Of a stretch of 64,000 bases of DNA, positions 57,488 through 64,000 are shown in pieces. Position 1 is the first letter of the stretch. Every line of letters begins with the position of its first letter. Position numbers and translations under genes: made by a program. Below the pieces are notes generated by a model that had not been told where the DNA came from, did not search any database, and saw nothing but the letters and a program-made list of their open reading frames with translations. This DNA comes from Macrostomum lignano (Eukaryota). The DNA is taken from NCBI GenBank assembly GCA_002269645.1, contig NIVC01002690.1, positions 85,474-149,473 on the forward strand, given 5' to 3'.

Positions 57488-58672
57488 TAGTTTTATTTTT
57501 CCGTAGTGTATTAATTAAGGTCCTGTTTTAGTTAGAATAAGACAGCTGGCAAAGTGTGAACAGAAAAGTTCTCGAATATCGTAACGTTCATAATTCTGTT
57601 GGTTATAGACCAAGAAACTTTTGCACATTCATGATAACTTTAAATTCTTTGGAGTTAAATCTGAGTTAAATATAACAAAAATGCTTTCTTTTTGGAATAT
57701 GCACTTGTCAAATACTTTTTTAACGAAATTTAAGTAGCTATTTGATTTAATGAAAGTAAAAAATCATATAGTTAATTTATTATTTCCATTGTCAGTGTCA
57801 AGATAAAGGTACCAACTTAGTTTTTTCTGTGCATGCGATTTTTTGTATCCTAGTAGCTTTTGCGACTGTTACTTTTTAGATTTCCATATATTTATTTTAT
57901 GCAATAGAGAAATTTAAGGAAAAAGCTATACACAGGTACTTCAAAGTCTTTTTTCTTAGTCTCGATCTGATAATAAAAATCTTGGATTAAACTGCATATA
58001 AATGTATTCTAACAGAGAGATGCTTAAAAATTAATTTACTATAAGTCCTAAACCAGGTAAGCCTTTTTGGCGAGCTGATGTGGCTTTCAATTGAGGATAT
58101 TGTAGACTAAAAAAATAATTCGTTTTTTGTCCTAACTTCTACATAGCATCATATTCTTAAGAAAAATGACATGTAAAGTATAGTTTTGTTTTAGAATCTA
58201 TTTCTAATTGGCTATATGGCTATATCTATTTGGCTATACTTGTACATTGTACTCTTTGCCTTGAATTGCCTTTTAGAGCAGACAGCTGGCCCAGAACTTT
58301 TCTATAACAAAAATTACTCTGGATTTTTTAATTTTTTTCCTGAAAGTATTTAATATTTATTTTTTATATTTATATTTATATATATCTAAAATTTTCATTT
58401 TATAAATAATAATATATAATATAATATATAAATAATAATATATAATATATTATGAAAATTCTCACTCTTTAAAAAAAGTTTTATTGTTATTAAAATAAAT
58501 TTGTTTTATTCAAATTTTGCTAAATAATATTTCATTAATTTTGAAGCAAAAATTAAAACAGCTAACAAAAGATCAAAAAAATGAACACACAACTTTTAAA
58601 CAAGTATACAAATTGAAACCTTCAGTAATTTTTTAATTTCTTTTTAAATTTTTTATTGAAATTTTTAGCCTA

Positions 58673-61600
58673 ATGGACCAGTCTTCACGTCCGGAATTGC
58701 CTGTGGATTTCTATTCCGCCCTGCAAGAATCAAAGCAGAGCCTTGACACTGAATTTGAGAACAATACAAATCTGCGGCACCATGTGCGTCAGCTGGTGCA
58801 AGCTTTGAAGTGCAGGACAGATGATGCGGCAGCTGCAAGGCAGCGCATGGCAGCTGCCATTGCTGCTGAGAACATCCTGCCAGACTTGAGCAAGCTGTCG
58901 ATGGCCTGTCTTAGCAAAGGTGAAATGGCAGGATTATAATTTATTTTTAGACTCCTTCATTCGCTTGAAGGGGTGTGTATGGCCTACAGCAGGACCACCA
59001 ATAACATCTAGTTTGACACCTGGTCTGGTGCCCCTGTCACTTGATCTGACTCTTCTGACACCTATTTAGCAGTCCTGACACCTGATTTAGCAGTCCTGAC
59101 ACCTGATTTAGCAGTCCTGACACCTGATTTAGCAGTCCTGACACCTGATTTAGCAGTCCTGACACCTGATTTAGCAGTCCTGACACCTGATTTAGCATTC
59201 CTGACACCTGATTTAGCAGTCCTGACACCTGATTTAGCAGTCCTGACACCTGATTTAGCAGTCCTGACACCTGATTTAGCAGTCCTGACACCTGATTTAG
59301 CATTCCTGACACCTGATTTATCAGTCCTGACACCTGATTTAGCAGTCCTGACACCTGATTTAGCATTCCTGACACCTGATTTATCAGTCCTGACACCTGA
59401 TTTAGTAGTTTTGAAGCCCAATTTAGCATTCCTGACACACCCGGTCGGTAGTTCTGACATCCTAGTTGTCTCCTGACGCACCCAATTTGGCACTCCCGAT
59501 CCCCCTATAATCTGACAACCTGTGAACCCCAAACGCAGCTGGTCAGCAGCAGCTCACCAAAGGCGAGTTCCAGCTGCTGCTGTGCACCCTGCACCTCTGC
59601 CACACCTGCACGGACGCCAGCCCTGAGTTCTCGGCTCATCTGGTCGGCTCGGGTGACGCTCTGCAGCTGCTGAAGTCCCTGCTGGCCGCGTGGGTGCAGC
59701 CACACCTGGAGAAACGGCTTGAGCAGCAGTCGGTCAGAGGCCTCAAAAGCTGCTTGAGCACCGTGTACAACGCGCTGTGGCAGGGCGAGGCCCGTGAACT
59801 CTGCAGCCTGCTGGCACTGAAACAAATCGGCATTGTGGAAGCAGCCAACCAGCTGTTTCAACTGTCTGACAATAAGTACATCGTCCAGTTCAGCTTCCTC
59901 ATTCTGGTGTACAGCTGCTCGGATGATGAGGCAGCCAGATTCCTGCAGCCGGGCGACTCCGGCCAGCAGCAGGAGCGGGTCGGGCGCCAGTTGCGCCAGC
60001 TGGTGGCCGGGCTGGGCCGGGCCTGCGCCGCCAAGCACCTGAGAACAGAAGACGGCTTTAGCATGGATGAGCTGCTTGCCTGTTAGCGGCGGGTCTCTGT
60101 GGAATCTTTGTTGTTGAGTTGCAGACTTTGTAGTTGAGCTTGGACAAGCAATAGACTCTCCGGTGGTGCATAAATATTTGTAGAAGCTGGGCTCTGTTGG
60201 AGTCGAAAAATGAAGACAGTTGATTGAGTGGAAAATTCCGCACATTTATTTACTACTCTACTAATAGCAAAAATACAGGGATAAAAGCGTTAAATAAAAC
60301 ACGAGTACATAATGCAAGTATTTTCTATATGCTACTAATATAAAATTTTCCAGTGAATTTTCTTAGAAATTAATCTGCACTACACGGCCCCACTTTCCCG
60401 CCGCAGGCGTCCGGCGGTTCAGCCGCCGCCCCGACCACCGCCCGCTGGTGCTCCGCCAGGACTGTCTGGCTGAGCTGCAGCGGCTGCTGCAGACGGCGGC
60501 CGAGCGACCCGCCAGTCAGATCGTTGCCGCCCTCGAAATCGCGCTCTCGCTTTCATTGCACCCGACATGCGTCGACGCAGTCAGGCGGAGCCTCGGCTCG
60601 GAGCTGCAGTCGCTGGTAGTTGAGGGCGGCGGGCGGCTGGCGGACGCTGTCCGGTGCCTCTTGGGTGAGGATGATGGACAGCTGCAACCAGGGCGTCGCC
60701 ATGGACTTTATGGTGGTGGGAAACAGTCGGGAATTCTACATGACTAAATTCCTACATTAATTTGGGAATCGGTGTTGTTGGCACTCATTTTGGCGCCGCA
60801 GGCACTCATTTTGGCGCGACAGACAGGCACTCATTTTAGAGATAGGGATTAGAGAGGAATAGAGATAGGATTGAGATAGGAAGCTGTCGGTTTTACAAGA
60901 ACTATGATTGGGCATTGCCAATTTCTCACAGTTTGAAAAAAATTGCTGTTTTTTCTTTTGCTTTCTACTTAAAGTAGTCTGTCGCTGATTATTTTAGAAT
61001 CGCCAGAGTCTGACTCGAAAGAGCAGCCGCGGTGGACAACTGATGCTTTTTCCGGTCCAAATGAAGGTCAGCCATCGCTTTCGCTTTGTCGAGTCGATTG
61101 TTGAATGTTTTTAGATAAGTTGTTTAATCAAGTTTTCTGATACCTGGTATTTTAGAACTCCGAACTTCACAACGCAAAGCAAGGAGCATAAATGAGAGAC
61201 AGTCGAATTCTCAGGCATCAGGTGAGAACTGGGAAAGAACTGGGTTTTTTTCTTCTCAGAACTTCTCAGAACTGGGTGGGCCCTGTCTTCGTTTCAACAA
61301 GTTAGCGGACTCAAAACGATCTGCTTTAGACTGCGGGGCTCCGTAAAGCGAGGCTGTAACTATACTGTAAACGAAGCTGTAGCTTCTCTACGCGAGGCTG
61401 TTGCACTGTAGACAAGGCTGTAACTGCTGTAGCTAAGCGAGGCTGTAACTACTGTAATCGAAGATTTAATTGCTGTAGGCGAGGCTGTAATTCCTGTAGG
61501 CAAGACCGTAACTACTGTAGGTAAGGCTGTAACTACTTTAGGTGAGGCTGTAACTACTGTAGATAAGGCTGTAACTACTGTAGTCGAGGCTGTAACTACT

Positions 61601-63109
61601 GTAGACGAGGCTGTAACTACTGTAGATAAGGCTGTAACTACTGTAGTCGAGGCTGTAACTACTGTAGTCGAGGATAGGCTTACTATCTGCTGTCACGCAC
61701 CGATCATAAAAGCCTACCAATTGAATCGATTCCCAGGCCAGAAACCCAGCGTTCTCCCATTGGAAAATGGCGCAGCCAGCGCCTACCTGGTGCTGAGCTG
61801 GTCCAGACAAGATTCCGATGCCGCATTTGCCAGATGGCTGGTCGCTAAGCTGAATGAAAACTGGCATCGGGTGAGCGCAGAGAAATCCACATCGTATTGA
61901 AGCTGTCTAGCCAGCCTGCAGTTGTCCGGGTCTGTCTAGCCAGCCTGCGGTTGTCCGGGTCTGTCTTAGTTAGCTTGTAGCTGTCCGAGTCTGTCTTAGT
62001 TAGCTTACAGCTGTCCGAGTCTGTATTAGTTAGCTTACAGCTGTCCGAGTCGGTCTTAGTTAGCTTACAGCTGTCCGAGTTTGTCTTAGCTAGCTTTCAG
62101 CTGTCCGAGTCTGTCTTAGTTAGCTTACAGCTGTCCGAGTTTGTCTTAGCTAGCTTACAGCTGTCCGAGTCTGTCTTAGTTAGCTTACAGCTGTCCGAGT
62201 TTGTCTTAGCTAGCTTTCAGCTGTCCGAGTTTGTCTTAGCTAGCTTTCAGCTGTCCGAGTCTGTCTTAGCTAGCTTACAGCTGTCCGAGTCTGTCTAGTC
62301 AGCCTATAACCATTCGCTTGTTTTTGCTCTCCAATTACTTTGTAGCAACGTTTCAAAACAATAGTTCCTTTGGCCTTTTTCAAATATTTCCCCAGACTAT
62401 CGACTTGAGCACAGACTCAACTGCCGGACTCATCGATGGCTGCCGTGCCGTGATTCTGTGCGTCTCCAAGCCATACGAATTAAACAGCCTGTGCGAGTTT
62501 GGTGAGCTCGGCATCCTTGATAACTTACTTCAATCTGAATTATTATTTTCTCATAAAAAAGAAACAATACGCTAAAAAGCTACTTGTTAGTAGTTAACTC
62601 GCTCACTAAATCGGTAAAATCTGGAATTTTTAATTTCCAGAAGCGCACCGGGCGGAGGTGCTGGAAAAACCGCTGGTGCCTCTGCTGTGCGGCGAAGGCT
62701 ACCAACCGGGAAGCTGGCTGAGCCCCATCCTGGCCAGGTACTCAGCTCAGGCCGACCTGCTAATTGACTTCTCTAAACAGAGGGACCGCGCCAAGTCATT
62801 CAGCACTTTAATCGGTCGCCTTAACGTCAGCTTGTCGCCACGTGGACAAAGACTGCTGCGCCAGCAGTTTCAGCAGTAGCTGTCGGTGACTTCAGCGGCT
62901 GGAGCTCCGCCGAGGTCGGCAGGTGGCTGTCCGGGCACCAGCTTCCAGCTCAGCGGCTGGGCTACCTGAACGGCCGGCACCTGGAATTCCTGGTGGAGCT
63001 GAAGCGGGAAGCGCCCGAGGCATTTTACAGGATGCTGCGAGAGGACCTACGGCTGGACAACTTCGAGTTGGTGTTTCGCTTCACCACTGCGGTGAAGAGC
63101 CTCGGCTGA
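58673..63109 (+). CDS. ARM/HEAT-like helical region, TIR domain and C-terminal SAM-like domain (~630 aa). Exons: 58673-58919, 59539-60081, 60407-60664, 60998-61066, 61156-61221, 61737-61870, 62396-62501, 62641-63109 (1-bp deletion near 62838).
   Basis: Leu-rich helical N-terminal exons. TIR elements are YLVLSWSR, FARWLVAKLNENW, GCRAVILCVSKPYELNSLCEFEAHRAEVLEKPLVPLLCGEGYQPGSWL and LIDFS. The SAM-like region reads WSSAEVGRWL..LNGRHLEFLVELKREAPEAFYRMLREDL..FRFTTAVKSL. All splice phases are consistent. Confidence 0.82.
59070..59460. repeat. 21-bp minisatellite in TIR-gene intron 1
   Basis: Unit AGTCCTGACACCTGATTTAGC. Confidence 0.95.
61345..61672. repeat. 21-bp minisatellite in TIR-gene intron 5
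   Basis: Unit ACTGTAGACGAGGCTGTAACT. Confidence 0.9.
61905..62300. repeat. 30-bp minisatellite in TIR-gene intron 6
   Basis: Unit CTGTCCGAGTCTGTCTTAGTTAGCTTACAG. Confidence 0.94.
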
Positions 63110-63134
63110 GAGGGCGCTCGGAAATGTAGATGAA

Positions 63135-64000
63135 GATGGGAAGCTGGGGAAGATGTGACGAGAGGGAGATAAAAGGATGAAAGAGATGGGAGGATGAGTG
63201 AGATGGGAGGATGAGGTAGATGGAAGGATGAAGGAGATGGGAGGATGAGGTAGATGGGAGGATGAGGGAGATGGGAGGATGGGGGAGATGGGGATGAGGG
63301 AGATGTGAGAATGAGGGAGATGTGAGAATGAGGAGATGAGAGGATGAGTGAGATGGGAGGATGAGGGAGATAGGAGGATGGGGGAGATGAGAGGATGAGG
63401 GAGATGGGAGGATGAGGGAGATGGGAGTATGAGGGAGATAGGAGGATGAGAGAGATGAGAGGATGAGGGAGATGGGAGGATGGGGGAAATGAGAGGATGA
63501 GTGAGATGAGAGGATGAGAGAGATGAGAGGATGAGGGAGATAGGAGGATGGGGGAGATGAGAGGATGAGGGAGATGGGAGGATGGGGGAAATGAGAGGAT
63601 GAGTGAGATGGGAGTATGGTTGAGATGAGAGGATGAGAGAGATGAGAGGATGAGGGAGATGGGAGGATGGGGGAGATGAGAGGATGGGGGAGATGAGAGG
63701 ATGAGGGAGATGGAGGATGGGGAGATGGAGGATGGGGGAGATGAGAGGATGAGGGAGATGGGAGGATGGGGGAGATGGGAGGATGGTTGAGATGAGAGGA
63801 TGAGAGAGATGAGAGGATGAGGGAGATAGGAGGATGGGGAGATGAGAGGATGAGGGATGGGAGTATGAGGGAGATAGGAGGATGGTTGAGATGAGAGGAT
63901 GAGAGAGATGAGAGGATGAGGAGATGGGAGGATGGGGGAAATGAGAGGATGAGTGAGATGGGAGTATGAGGGAGATGTGAGGATGGTTGAGATGAGAGGA
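63135..64000. repeat. 17-bp purine-rich minisatellite running off the window end
   Basis: Unit GAGATGGGAGGATGAGG and variants. Confidence 0.94.

Overview
Eukaryotic (metazoan) genomic DNA, not prokaryotic. GC-rich spliced exons are separated by GT-AG introns swollen with locus-specific minisatellites and (GACA)n. This style suggests a free-living flatworm such as Macrostomum, which is an inference only. Six protein-coding genes were reconstructed by hand with phase-consistent splice sites: HPD (+, 641-4840); a ~1200-aa single-pass receptor with two tandem Venus-flytrap (ANF/mGluR-like) domains and a short Tyr-motif tail but no 7TM, cyclase or kinase (-, 6524-16933); a MAP7/ensconsin-like gene (+, ~24403-41976); intronless KRTCAP2 (+, 47183-47602); PCCB (+, 50711-55466); and an ARM-like/TIR/SAM-like protein (+, 58673-63109). 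Four of the six models need a single-base indel correction, most likely from assembly error. The window also holds about 35 tandem arrays, two foldback inverted repeats, a CORE-type tRNA-derived SINE and a sharply CpG-depleted domain. Nearly all long ORFs in the supplied track are artefacts of tandem repeats. The most interesting candidates are the double-VFT single-pass receptor and the ARM-TIR-SAM protein, which retains the putative catalytic Glu.
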